Positions 13,737 through 26,342 of a stretch of 64,000 nucleotides of DNA are shown here, piece by piece. Made by a program: the position numbers and the translations under genes. Under the pieces are notes generated by a model, which did no database searches, was not told the origin of the DNA, and was given only the letters and a program-made list of their open reading frames with translations. How positions within the stretch are numbered: the first letter of the stretch is position 1; each line of letters begins with the position of its first letter. The stretch is from Macrostomum lignano (taxonomy: Eukaryota), in assembly GCA_002269645.1 (NCBI GenBank), contig NIVC01000172.1, positions 272,558-336,557 on the forward strand, written 5' to 3'.

Positions 13737-15487
13737 GGATGATAAGAGTAATAAGAGCCAGGGAGATAAGAGCGAATGAGATAAGAGTCAGGGAGAGAAG
13801 AGTCAGGGAGATAAGAGCCAGGGAGATAAGAGCCAGAGAGATAAGAGTCAGGGAGATAAGAGTCAGAGAGATAAGAGCCAGGGAGATAAGAGCCAGGGAG
13901 ATAAGAGTCAGGGAGATAAGAGCCAGGGAGATAAGAGCCAGGGAGATAAGAGTCAGGGAGATAAGAGTCAGGGAGATAAGAGCCAGGGAGATAAGAGCCA
14001 GGGAGATAAGAGCCAGGGAGATAAGAGTCAGGGAGATAAGAGCCAGGAAGATAAGAGTCAGGGAGATAAGAGCCAGGGAGATAAGAGTCAGGGAGATAAG
14101 AGTCAGGGAGATAAGAGCCAGGGAGATAAGAGTCAGGGAGATAAGAGCCAGGGAGATAAGAGTCAGGGAGATAAGAGTCAGGGAGATAAGAGTCAGGGAG
14201 ATAAGAGTCAGAGAGATAAGAGTCAGGGAGATAAGAGTCAGGGAGATAAGAGTCAGAGAGATAAGAGCCAGGGAGATAAGAGCCAGAGAGATAAGAGTCA
14301 GGGAGATAAGAGTCAGAGAGATAAGAGCCAGGGAGATAAGAGCCAGGGAGATAAGAGTCAGGGAGATAAGAGCCAGGGAGATAAGAGCCAGGGAGATAAG
14401 AGTCAGGGAGATAAGAGTCAGGGAGATAAGAGCCAGGGAGATAAGAGCCAGGGAGATAAGAGTCAGGGAGATAAGAGCCAGGAAGATAAGAGTCAGGGAG
14501 ATAAGAGCCAGGGAGATAAGAGTCAGGGAGATAAGAGTCAGGGAGATAAGAGCCAGGGAGATAAGAGTCAGGGAGATAAGAGCCAGGGAGATAAGAGTCA
14601 GGGAGATAAGAGTCAGGGAGATAAGAGTCAGGGAGATAAGAGTCAGAGAGATAAGAGTCAGGGAGATAAGAGTCAGGGAGATAAGAGTCAGAGAGATAAG
14701 AGTCAGGGAGATAAGATCCAGGGAGATAAGAGCCAGGGAGATAAGAGCCAGAGAGATAAGAGCCAGGGAGATAAGAGTCAGGGAGATAAGAGCCAGGGAG
14801 ATAAGAGTCAGAGAGATAAGAGTCAGGGAGATAAGAGTCAGGGAGATAAGAGTCAGGGAGATAAGAGTCAGGGAGATAAGAGTCAGAGAGATAAGAGTCA
14901 GGGAGATAAGAGTCAGGGAGATAAGAGTCAGGGAGATAAGAGTCAGGGAGATAAGAGCCAGGGAGATAAGAGCCAGGGAGATAAGAGCCAGGGAGATAAG
15001 AGCCAGAGAGATAAGAGTCAGGGAGATAAGAGTCAGGGAGATAAGAGCCAGGGAGATAAGAGCCAGGGAGATAAGAGCCAGGGAGATAAGAGCCAGGGAG
15101 ATAAGAGCCAGAGAGATAAGAGTCAGGGAGATAAGAGTCAGGGAGATAAGAGTCAGGGAGATAAGAGTCAGAGAGATAAGAGTCAGGGAGATAAGAGTCA
15201 GGGAGATAAGAGTCAGGGAGATAAGAGTCAGGGAGATAAGAGCCAGGGAGATAAGAGCCAGGGAGATAAGAGCCAGGGAGATAAGAGCCAGAGAGATAAG
15301 AGTCAGGGAGATAAGAGTCAGGGAGATAAGAGCCAGGGAGATAAGAGCCAGGGAGATAAGAGCCAGGGAGATAAGAGCCAGGGAGATAAGAGCCAGAGAG
15401 ATAAGAGCCAGGGAGATAAGAGTCAGGGAGATAAGAGCCAGGGAGATAAGAGTCAGGGAGATAAGAGCCAGAGATAAGAGTCAGATA
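13737..15487. repeat. 15-bp minisatellite (GAGATAAGAG[T/C]CAGG)n, about 1.75 kb
   Basis: Direct periodicity with two alternating variants, about 115 copies. Confidence 0.98.
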
Positions 15488-16400
15488 TGATGATTTGTAA
15501 AGAAATTGTAAAGTAACAGGCTGTGCAGAAACAAAATATCATTAAAGCTAGCACAGTGGATGAGTAGTTAATAGAGGGGTCACACACCGCGGTTACAGCG
15601 ACTCGACTCGGGGCATTCTCAGGTAAATGCACAGATGCAGCAAGCAGATAAATAATTAAGCACAGATCAAACGGGGAGGCAGATTTTCAGGATTAAATTC
15701 AAAATATTATGATATTAATAATAATAACGGTAGACTATGTTACGACTTTAATAGGCAAACACAAACTGTGGCGCACAGGTTATTAAATAAATAAATAAAT
15801 AATTGGTAACAAAGAAACAGCTTATAAAGTAAGTCACAGTACCGATTAACCCATAGCAGACGCTGAGAATATCAAAATCTTGACGGCTTAAAAAATATTA
15901 AAACAAACTAAAACAGTTTTGATCAAAATTTGGGCAAAGTAGCGAAGAAAAACAGACCGGGACTACTGATTACTATATAGAAAACTAATAATTTCATTAA
16001 ACAGTAAACATACACTTTAGCTAAGGTAGCATGCAGAAGACACGGGGCGATGCGGATGACCATTTAGATAAGAGAACGCAAGGAAGTCGGCCATATTTTG
16101 CCTGCTTTTATTCTAAGATATGTGAAAAATTGAACAATTTTTAACTACTCACAATTGCCGTTCAAACAGGCCTGTATGCAGCTAGGGCCGAATACATGTA
16201 TAGTTATTAGCCAGGCTAGCCAATGCACCGCCAATGCACCGCTGCGAGAGGCACAAGGGTCACACAGTACATTGGATTCAATTTTACTCACGGGCATCAG
16301 AAACAGGACGGCGGGACAATCAGGGATACCTCATAACAGTAAATAACCCTTTAATGGGAGTTCGAAGCCGAGTTATGATTATTAATTGTGATTTTACGAT

Positions 16401-16465
16401 TTATGATTGCTGATCGTCCTGACCGCCGCCTCTGCCGCCGCCGCCGCGACCGCCTCGATTGGAAT
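16401..16465 (-). CDS. FMR1: FMR1/FXR-family gene, exon 7 (last coding exon: DSNRGGRGGGGRGGGQDDQQS*)
   Basis: Acceptor TTCGCAG at 16466-16467; phase 1 matches the exon 6 donor G|GTAAGT; RGG-type content; TAA at 16403-16401. Confidence 0.7.
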
Positions 16466-16519
16466 CTGCGAATGGCAGCAAATCAATTTGCAATTGAAAC
16501 TTGAAAGCTAAAACTGCTG

Positions 16520-17040
16520 ATTGAGGTCGGGATTCCCCATCTCAAAAATAACCCAGATTGGGATTTCCCACTTAAAAATACCCCATATTGGGATTCCCTA
16601 CCCAAAAATACCCTAGATTGGGATTCACCACCTAAAAAACCCAGATTGGGACTTCCACCCAAAAATCCCCCCAGATGGGGATTCTGTGCCAAAAAATCTC
16701 CCAGATTGGGATTTCCCACCCAAAAATCTCACAGATGGGGATTCCCACCCAAAAATCTCTCAGATTGGGATTCCACACCTAAAAATACCCCAGATTGGGA
16801 TTCACACCTATAAATACCCTAGATTGGAATTCCCCACTAAAAAATACCCCATATTGGGATTTACCACCAAAAAATCCCTCAGATTGGGATTCCCCACCCA
16901 AAATACCCCTGATTGGGATTACCACCCAAAAATCTATCAGATTGGGATTCCCCACCTAAAAATACCCTAGATTGGGATTTCCCACCCAAAAATCTTTCAG
17001 ATTGGGATTCCCCATCTAAAAATATCGCATTTCCCACCCT
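16520..17040. repeat. About 29-30-bp degenerate minisatellite (GATTGGGATTCCCCACC...AAAAATACCCCA) filling FMR1 intron 6
   Basis: GATTGGGATT recurs about every 29-30 bp. Confidence 0.9.
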
Positions 17041-17057
17041 GAAAACCCTTCACTTAC

Positions 17058-17598
17058 CACCAGCCCTAGAAGGCATTGGTCGGCGATTCATCGCAGGATA
17101 ATCGTTGCCATCCGCCGAGTCGGCGCCACCATCCTGCTGCTGCCGCTGCTGATGGCCACCCCGACGACCTCTGCCATAGCCGCCTCCGTACGGCCGCCGA
17201 CCGCCGCCTCCACCTCGGAGGCTCTGCACAGCAGAGTCAGTGTGGTAGCCCTTCTCATCCTGGCTTGTATCGGAGTCGCCGCGACCTCCGCCGCCTCCGC
17301 CACCGTTGGCGCCGCCGCCGCTTCCTCCTCCAGCGGAGTTGTCGTCACGCCGGTAGGGCAGAGGAGGTCCGCCGCCTCCGCCTCCGCGTCTGGGACCTCC
17401 GCGTCCTCCACGTCCACCGCCTCCGCGTCTCGGACCTCCGCTTCCGCCGGCGTAGCCTCCGCCAAAGCCGCCGCCGCCGCCGCCGTAGCCTCCGTAGGCA
17501 TAGGGCGGGCCGCCGCCAGCTCCGTCGCTGTCGTAGGCGCGACTTTGCTGACGCAACTTAGCGGTTATCTCTTCGCGCTGGTGGGACAGCTCGTCTAC
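17058..17598 (-). CDS. FMR1: FMR1/FXR-family gene, exon 6 (end of KH2 helix plus Gly/Arg-rich RGG C-terminus)
   Basis: Acceptor TTGCAG|GTAGAC; VDELSHQREEITAKLRQ matches FMRP VDQLRLERLQIDEQLRQ; RGGRGGPRRGG boxes; 541 bp, ends in phase 1 at GTAAGT. Confidence 0.88.
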
Positions 17599-17689
17599 CT
17601 GCAAGGGGGTAGGGTGGGGAGCGTACGTGTGAGTGTAGTACGTGTATACCAATCCACTATTTCTCCGTTACTACATCTACCTTCCTTTA

Positions 17690-18245
17690 CTCTTATCTCT
17701 CTTCATTCACTCTTCATTCACTCTCATCTCCCATCATTCACTCTCATCTCCCTTCATTCACTCTTATCTCCCTTCATTCACTCTTATCTCCCTTCATTCA
17801 CTCTTAACTCCATTCATTCACTCCCATCTCCATTAATTCACTCCCATCTTCCTTCATTCACTCACATCTTCCTTCATTCACTCTCATCTCCCTTCATTCA
17901 CTCTCATCTCCCTTCATTCACTCCCATCTTCCTTCATTCACTCCCATCTCCCCTCATTCACTCCCATCTCCATTCATTCACTCCCATCTCCCTTCATTCA
18001 CTCCCATCTCCCTTCATTCACTCCCATCTCCCTTCATTCACTCCCATCTCCCTTCATTCACTCCCATCTCCCCTCATTCACTCCCATCTCCATTCATTCA
18101 CTCCCATCTCCCTTCATTCACTCCTATCTCCCTTCATTCACTCCCATCTCCCTTCATTCACTCCCATCTCCCTTCAGTCACTTCCATCTCTCTTCATTCA
18201 CTCCCATCTCTCTTCATTCACTCTCATCTCCATTCATTCACTCCC
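17690..18245. repeat. 20-bp minisatellite (CTCCCATCTCCCTTCATTCA) filling FMR1 intron 5
   Basis: Direct periodicity. Confidence 0.95.
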
Positions 18246-18268
18246 ATCGCACTTGCCAGCTAACGCAC

Positions 18269-18454
18269 CTGTTTAAGCGTATCAATATGGTAGTCCAGCA
18301 TGAACTTGGCATTGTCAACGGACTCCTTGGTGCCAACAAAGATGAAGGGCACCATATCGCCAGAGGATTGGTCGCCGTCGTCAGCAGAGTTCATCTGACG
18401 CTCGTCGTCGCCTTCAACGCGGACTCGAATGACGCCAGCTTTGTCCACAATGTC
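18269..18454 (-). CDS. FMR1: FMR1/FXR-family gene, exon 5 (KH2 second half)
   Basis: CAG|[15 protein letters not shown]...[29 protein letters not shown]|GTGCGT matches FMRP EIVDKSGVVRVRIE...[29 protein letters not shown]; 186 bp, phase 0-0. Confidence 0.93.
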
Positions 18455-18529
18455 CTGCGGGAGCAGGTCGGAGCGGAAAATTAAATTTTCACTTAGAAGC
18501 TCACAGAAGCTCAATCATTATCTAATCTA

Positions 18530-19090
18530 CAATCGCATTATCTCACAAGAATTTTCTTGTGAATTATCTCACGTCTAGAATCTCACTCATTATCTGGCCT
18601 AGAATCTCACTCATTATCTCACCTAGAATTTTACTCATTATCTCACCTAGAATCTCACTCATTATCTCACCTAGAATCTCACTCATTATCTCACCTAGAA
18701 CCTCACTCATTATCTCACCTAGAATCTCACTCATTATCTCACCTAGAATTTTACTCATTATCTCACCTAGAATCTCACTCATTATCTCACCTAGAATCTC
18801 ACTCATTATCTCACCTAGAATCTCACTCATTATCTCACCTAGAATTTTACTCATTATCTCACCTAGAATTTTACTCATTATCTCACCTAGAATCTCACTC
18901 ATTATCTCACCTAGAATCTCACTCATTATCTCACCTAGAATCTCACTCATTATCTCACCTAGAATCTCACTCATTATCTCACCTAGTATCTCACTCATTA
19001 TCTTACCAAGAATCATACTCATTATCTCAGCTATATTGGAATCTAACTTATTATCTCACCTAGAATCTCACGCATTATCTCACGCCTAGA
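18530..19090. repeat. 24-bp minisatellite (CTAGAATCTCACTCATTATCTCAC) filling FMR1 intron 4
   Basis: Direct periodicity. Confidence 0.95.
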
Positions 19091-19162
19091 ATCTCATGCT
19101 TATATTATCTAGAAAATACTTAAATAACCCCACCAAGTTAGCCACTGGATTTGGGAACACAC

Positions 19163-19348
19163 CTGGATATTATTGCCGCTCTTGCCAATGACCCGGCTAA
19201 CCAACTGCCTGGGCACTCTGTACGCCTCCTCAGTGTACTCCAGCATCGCTCGGGCACGCCGGCAGGCCTCGGCGTTGTCTCCGTAGATGCGAAATACGCC
19301 CTGGTCTTTGTCCAGTTCCACTCCAGATACGCCGTGCACTTGGCGGGC
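19163..19348 (-). CDS. FMR1: FMR1/FXR-family gene, exon 4 (KH1 end and KH2 start)
   Basis: AAG|ARQVHGVSGVELDKDQGVFRIYGD...RVPRQLVSRVIGKSGNNIQ|GTGTGT matches FMRP [24 protein letters not shown]...QVPRNLVGKVIGKNGKLIQ; 186 bp. Confidence 0.93.
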
Positions 19349-19439
19349 CTTGTAGAAGAAAGCAGACAAATTACAGCGGGATTTCGAAGAATCTCAGGGT
19401 CTACTTTGGAGCGAACCGCACTCTTCTATCTTGGATGAT

Positions 19440-20160
19440 GATGACCTTCCCCGTCCAGAGTGACCTTCCCCATCCATCTGGGAGTGACCTTGCCCATCCA
19501 ACTCGGAGTGACCTTCCCCATCCATCTGGGAGTGACCTTCCCCATCCATCTGGGAGTGACCTTCCTCATCCATCTGGGAGTGACCTTCCCCATCCATCTG
19601 GGAGTGACTTCCCCATCCAACTCGGAGTGACCTTGCCCATCCAACTCAGAGTGACCTTCCCCATCCATCTGGGAGTGACCTTGCCCATCCAACTCGGAGT
19701 GACCTTCCCCATCCATCTGGGAGTGACCTTCCCCATCCATCTGGGAGTGACCTTCCCCATCCATCTGGGAGTGACCTTCCCCATCCATCTGGGAGTGACC
19801 TTCCTCATCCATCTGGGAGTGACCTTCCCCATCCATCTGGGAGTGACCTTCCTCATCCATCTGGGAGTGACCTTCCCCATCCATCTGGGAGTGACTTCCC
19901 CATCCAACTCGGAGTGACCTTGCCCATCCAACTCAGAGTGACCTTCCCCATCCATCTGGGAGTGACCTTCCCCATCCATCTGGGAGTGACTTCCCCATCC
20001 AACTCGGAGTGACCTTCCCCATCAGCTGGGAGTGACCTTCCCCATCCATCTGGAAATGACCTTCCCCATCCAGCTGGGAGTGACCTTCCCCATTCAGCTG
20101 GAATTGACCTTCCCCATCCATCTGGAAATGACCTTCCCCATCCAACTGTGGGTGACATTC
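19440..20160. repeat. 24-bp minisatellite (GAGTGACCTTCCCCATCCATCTGG) filling FMR1 intron 3
   Basis: Direct periodicity with 23-bp variants. Confidence 0.95.
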
Positions 20161-20204
20161 CATTGCCAAGCTATCAGAGAATCACAACCCTGCAGGAGTC
20201 TCAC

Positions 20205-20472
20205 CTGTCCAATATTGGATCCGTGAGCTCCGATAGCCAGGCCCATAAGGCTGGCCGGTACGGAGAACTCCTCCATGAGCTGGCCGCCGGACACGTGCGT
20301 GTGCTCAAGCCGCCTGGCCAGTTCGTCAGTGCGCTGTTTAATTAAACATTTCTGCCGCACCCCGCGCAGGAACAGCTCTTCAATTAGCGATAGGCGATTA
20401 ATATCTGCCTCATCAGCTGACAGAATGCTTAAACGGGTTCCGCAGACCAGGATTAGGTAGGGCGAACGAAAC
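20205..20472 (-). CDS. FMR1: FMR1/FXR-family gene, exon 3 (KH0 end and KH1 GxxG loop)
   Basis: Polypyrimidine acceptor TTCCCTCTCCTCTTCTAG; RLSILSADEADINRLSLIEELFLRGVRQKCLIKQRTDELARRLE...EEFSVPASLMGLAIGAHGSNIGQ|GTGAGA matches FMRP QLVILS...LMGLAIGTHGANIQQ; 268 bp. Confidence 0.9.
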
Positions 20473-20699
20473 CTAGAAGAGGAGAGGGAATCAGTGAGAC
20501 AGTAGTGACTTGAGTACTCAAAAAGGCTAATAGTTAAAACTTAAACAGCGAATCATACTACTGAAAACAAAAATAAAAGTAGCAAGAGTGGAATCCAACA
20601 AAAAAATTTTTTTTAAAAATAGGTATAATTTATTAATCAGAAAGGGCCATACTTAAGAGGTGGAAAGGCAAAATCAGATTGAAGACAGCTAGTTAAGCA

Positions 20700-20993
20700 G
20701 GTTAAAAAGAGGCAGATAAGCAGGCTGGAGAGAGGCAGATAAGCAGGCTGAAGAGAGGCAGATAAGCAGGCTGAAGAGAGGCAGATAAGCAGGCTGAAGA
20801 GAGGTAAATAAGCAGACTGAAGAGAGGCAGATAAGCAGACTGAAGAGAGGCAGATAAGCAGGCTGAAGAGAGGCAGATAAGCAGGCTGAAGAGAGGCAGA
20901 TAAGCCGGCAGGAGAGAGGCAGATAAGCAGGCTGGAGAGAGGCAGATAAGCAGACTGGAGAGAGGCAGATAAGCAGACTGAAGAGAGGCAGAT
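20700..20993. repeat. 20-bp minisatellite (AAGAGAGGCAGATAAGCAGG/CTG variants) in FMR1 intron 2
   Basis: Direct periodicity. Confidence 0.93.
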
Positions 20994-21014
20994 ACATTAT
21001 ACAGTTGCACAAAC

Positions 21015-21397
21015 CTTCGCACGAGATCGCCGTGAATCTCTGGCTCGGCCACCCGATCAGCCACATCGTGAGGGACTGTGATGTCGCGCCTATACAGCCG
21101 AACTCCTGCCAAAGGCTTAGCGGAACCTCGCAGTCTGACCCGATTCCGATCGACAACATCCTGAGCTCCGGAGTGCTTGAACACGCACACAACAAATTCG
21201 CCTTTGACACTGCGGACCGTGGCTGGCCACCAGCAGGCTTCTGCGGAGCTGAACACTTCCACTTCCTCGTTGTCGCTTAGCGAGGGCTGAACACAGCTGT
21301 CGCCGTAGACATAGGCGTCATTGAGCGGCACGGATGCAGTGTGACCAGTGCTGTCTACGTACTCCACAGTCGAGTCAGTCACGTTTTGAATACTCAG
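21015..21397 (-). CDS. FMR1: FMR1/FXR-family gene, exon 2 (Agenet/Tudor domains)
   Basis: Acceptor TCTAG|LSIQNVTDST...EEVEVFSSAEACWWPATVRSVKGEFVV...DITVPHDVADRVAEPEIHGDL matches FMRP DEVEVYS...CCWWLAKVRMIKGEFYV...[20 protein letters not shown]. Donor AG|GTTTGT (phase 2) chosen because it joins exon 3 in frame. Confidence 0.88.
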
Positions 21398-24300
21398 CTA
21401 GATTTTATAATTGATTTAGGTATAAAAATATGCAATTCCGGTTATAAAATTAGTATATGCAATTTTTTGGTAAGTTAGCATGCCATGTTTTACCTATCTG
21501 CCATTAAAGCATTGCAACTTAAGCATGAAATCTGATATAAGCTACAGCAGCATGCTAAGCATTTTTTTAGTTTCATATTTAGATCTAAACTTCTTAAGTG
21601 GTCACTTTCTACAAAACCAAACTTCTGAAAAAATATTTAGTTAATTGAGCTAGATAGACCCTCATAGAATGCAAGGTTTAGAATATAAAATTGGCATATT
21701 TACAGGTTGGAATTAACATTTGATTATTGGTACTTTTATATTGCATGTTAATATCCTTTTTATTTTATTTCAGATGATTTCAAATAAAAAGATGATGTCA
21801 TATTTTTATAATTTTTTTTTTAGTTTCTTGCTCTAAACTGCTGTGACTTCAAAAATAAAATGGATACTTTAAAAAAATTCTTTTCAATGAATTGTTGCTA
21901 TATATAGGGAGCATTGAATAGCATAATGCCTAACTGATATGATTCTTAATATATGAGCATAGTTCTGTAGTCTAGGGAAAATAAAAACTTGTCTTTAAAA
22001 AATAAAATATGTTACCTTGAACTTTAAATGATATTTTAACAATGGTTCAAGTGTAATGCTGCAATTAAAGCTTGAACTATTTGTTGTGAAAACAAATTTA
22101 ACTATTTTTAATAGTGTAGATTTGTAGGAAAAAAAACAAAATGTATATTAATTGCATATCTTATTTCAACTTTTTTAAATAACTAAGTAAAAATTAACTA
22201 AATAGTTGACATATTGACATGCTGTTATAGTATAGTAGCTTTTATACTAGCTTTTAACTCTATTAGCTAGCAATTTTTTTCCCAAGTTTGGGAAGCTAAT
22301 CGACACCTGGAGTTTCATTTTACCATCAATGTTTCAGGCCTAGAATACCAAAAGGCATTGGGATTTTGCTAAAATCAAAAACTTAGAGTTAATAGCTCTT
22401 TGTAAACAGTTATTAAATTAAAAGTTAAATTTAAGTAACTAAAAGAGTTATAAGTTCGAAAACAAATCTATTTTGTTTCAAAATTTTATGTTTCCCCTAT
22501 CTTCCATTTTTTCTTTTGTTTATCTATAATCTAAACTGTTTCAATCTGCACCTCATCAAAGTCTGTCTGATCAAAGATCATTAAACTGATAATATATTTA
22601 AAGTTTATTTACTTAGCCATTGAGCTGGTCGACACCATTGTGTCCCGCCTTTAAAAAATCCTGTGAACTGTGGCTGTAGCTCATCTGGCTACTGGCAGCC
22701 GCTATAAAACATGGCAACAAGTGGACCATTCTTGTAGTGCATGGCCACTGATTGCGCAGCCACTTTTGGCTAAAGGGGCTTGCCGAGAAAGAAAAGATTA
22801 ACTTTTCACATTAAATTTAAAGTGCAATTATTGTGTAAATTTTATCATTCAAGCCTTAGAAATATTGTAATCAAATAACTAAATTGTTCTAAATAGTGAC
22901 TTATAGGTAAAGGCATACTGAGAAGTCATGTGGCTAATAGTTTAGCATGGTAACCTAAGTGCTAAGGCACTGGTGTTTGGTAGTTAGCTGTCTGGTGGCT
23001 TTCAAATCACTTATTTAGTCTGCGCTAGAGAATTGACTTATGCTCTTGATTATTGAATCTGCAAATACATATTTATAAGATATTTGGTATATTTACTGCT
23101 ATATAGCTCTATATATGCTAGATCTATTTATAAAATTATAGCTAGTTTTATGCATTTGCTTGTTTCTCAGACTGTTTTCCATGATAAGTTGCCAAAACAG
23201 ATACATGGCACATGTTCCTGGATGCATTCCAGTTTGGTGGCAACTTAAAAGGTAAGCCTATTGATGTTTGTTTTTCTCAGCAGAACATAATGCATTCAGG
23301 TTTGAAATTAAGCTATTTTCATGTGATTTAGTTTTAAAAATTTGACCAAAAGCTAAGTGTGGTGCTTGTCACTTTAACTGCACACTGATTACTTGTAGTC
23401 AAAGTCAAAATTGAGGGTAAGAATACAGGTGATATGACATGTTAAAATGATTTGGATCTATCAAATAAAATTATATAAATGTTTGATTGCTAGAATGTTG
23501 TCTGCCTCTGCAGTTGATATATACCCTAATATACATCCACAATTGATTAAATACTAGACATTAGTTCAATAAAGCATATTGCAAATTAAATGGCATTGTG
23601 ATTTCCTATTTCTTGTAGAAGAGCAGCCATTTTTGTGAGCCATTTATAAGCACTTGCCAGACAATGAGTGACAGTGGCTGGAAGAAAGAGCCAAGCAAGT
23701 AAATTGTGATAAAGAGGAACCTATTGGAAGTGGGAAGTTACAGCATTCTACCCAAGATTTAGTGAGAAAAATATCTCTTAGCTATGATTAAATTTTCTCT
23801 CAAATTTTTTATGTTCTCACACATTTTTGCATGTTAAAACAATTTATTGATGCATGGAAAATTATCAATCACAATGTTTTAAAAGTCCATAAAAAATTCC
23901 TTAAAACAATGTGAAAAAAATTATAATTTTCTTTAACCTGGGACAATGGGATGTCAGTCTAATAGTTGGTAATTTTTTTTACTTCCTGCCTCTATATAAA
24001 AAACTCAGCTTTAATATACCTTAGCTTTTTTAATATATCATTTATTTGTTCATTTTACAATTGCAACATGATATAGATACATATATTTTCCTATATTATA
24101 GCTTGCCTTTCACTAGAACACTGATTTTGACAACATGACAAAGGTTGAACTGTGGAAAATTATTGCCAAGCAATAGTTGTAAGCCAAGTTCTATAAGTTT
24201 CTTTTTATTATAATAATGAATATGTTTAGCTAGTTTATTATAATTATCAAATTGGAAATTGAATTTGATCTATTATATATTTTATTATTACATTTCCTCA

Positions 24301-26342
24301 CTCTGCCTTTATGATCAGGGGCCACAAATGAAAAAGGTAGACTGATTTATAAGTCCTACCCTGCGCAAGGAACATGAACAAAGTGGTCTGCAGATATGTC
24401 AATGAATGTGGAAATAACCCAATATTCCCAAGAGTAGCTTTGACATATTGCCAAGTTGATCCCAAAAAATAATTTTGTTCTAACTAGTTGGCCAGAGAAA
24501 AAAGGCCAATCAAAGGGGCTATCTATCAAAAACCTGCATGGATAGGAATCAATACCAATAGCTGAACTACTAGTCAATGGTGGCCTGAGTCCTCTGCCTC
24601 TAAACTCTCTGCTGCCCTCAGAAGTCACCACCAACATCTAGAGTTAAATTTAGAATCTTGACACCTAATGGCCAGGTGTCCATTTCTGTCCAGCAGGACA
24701 CTCGTATTAAAAAATTATTTGTTTATATTATTATGTGTCTTATATTTTAAAAGACTTTGTACTACTTACAAGCCCTGACTTTCTAATAAGGATTTAGGGA
24801 TTTTAAGGATTTGATATGGAATGCTAAAATTGTAATAAAAAATAATTGCCTTTGTTAAAAAAAGGCATGCAAATTGAGCTACGGCTTTGTTGTTAAAATA
24901 AGGTGCCATTTAAAACTAGCGCAGATCAGTTCTAAAGAACCCTGTGGTATTTATTTATTTTATTGAAATGATGAGATGGCCATGGATTTAATATGTGTAA
25001 AATTATCTTATAGGTCTTTGTAACCTGCTTTTGTATATTCTTATATATAAACAATCTTTTGATTTATGTTGGTACATTATACACTTAATATTACATAATC
25101 ATTGATATTCATTCGTCTAAAACCATTCACCTATAAAGTGAGTCTTTTATTCAAATTTAGTTTTTTTTCTCATTCAGAAATCAGAATACTAGTAGCCAGA
25201 CTATACATTATATCTATATCTGAGATGCTAAAAACAAATTATCCTAACAGACTTTGCCATCATTTTTTTATTTTTTACAAATAAATAAGAGTTTACCACA
25301 AATGGTTTTCATAGTTTGTTTTCGCACAATAGCTTTTAATTTTTTTAGGATAGTACAGATCTATAAGCAATATGTGTACTGTATATGTGTACTATGTGTA
25401 TTTTTGTATATGATTATTTCTAACTGTTTATCATTAGTTCAACTTGTCTCTTGAGATTTGGCTCTGGACTGCATTCCAAAATATATTTGAATATAGTTAG
25501 GATGTCTATGGTTTATGTCTATGTCCATTTTGCTTTTATTCCTAAAAATCACTACCAAAATTATCTAGATATTTAGGCATAGCACAAAAAGCAACTTTTG
25601 GCCCATTAGGGAAGCCCTGGCTGTTTGTTGTCTTGTCATATAGGAGTTTATAGTGCATAGACATTGCCAACTTAGTGTTCGAAGTGAGGCACGAATCTGG
25701 TGCTGGTAGGTATAAATACACAAAATTTATAACAATGGTGCAAAAATTTTATCCAAAATAAATATTTAATAATTTAATGAGACTTTTAAAAGTTTACTTA
25801 CATTCATCATATTTTTATAGAAGCATAAAATTTTATAGCAATACTATATGCTTTCATAAATTTATAAACCTTAAAAAATGATAAGCAAGACATTTTTTGG
25901 CTTAACACAATTTTAAAGATTTCAAAAGGATCTGACTTGGCTTTTGTCTATGGTCCAAATGCATATATGCAAAATTTTATTGAGAATGAATAGTGGAAGC
26001 TCAGTAAATATATTGATACAATGATTTAGGCAGTTGTTATTTGCACTGTACCATGTAAATATTGCTGGTATTATTTACACAGTAACTGAAAAAATACCTT
26101 ATAAATAATTATCCTACTAGGTTCCTGTATCTTATATTTTCATACAAATTTTAACTAACTAAAGTTAGTAGATAGAGTTTAGGCATGATTTATAATGTGT
26201 TTATAGCTTGGCCACTAAGCTAGCATTTTTATTAGCTTTTAATACTATTAATAATGCAAAGTAAAAAGGGTGTTCAAAAGAAATGAATGATAATGCAACT
26301 TATTTGCCTTCAAAGGATAGATTTGTGGTCAAATATATGTAT

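Noticed and set aside
13739-15490. 583-aa (IRAREIRVRE)n ORF and similar ORFs in other arrays (10-947, 3055-4102, 18559-19089, 39656-40663, 48153-49141, 50388-51196, 53838-54192)
   Set aside because: They are translations of simple repeats lacking stop codons, with no domain, splice context or codon signal.
17076-18484. Plus-strand ORFs (374 aa and others) opposite FMR1 exons, and similar antisense ORFs over CHMP6, the receptor and DIRAS
   Set aside because: Shadow frames of GC-rich coding exons extended by repeats; no independent protein features.
20702-21382. 226-aa ORF as a stand-alone gene starting at GTG 21382
   Set aside because: It is FMR1 exon 2 read through into the intron 2 minisatellite; the true start is in exon 1 at 32342.
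24356-24637. Extra FMR1 coding exon (open frame bounded by AG and GT)
   Set aside because: Exons 1 and 2 already join seamlessly against the FMRP sequence, and the peptide has no recognisable similarity.
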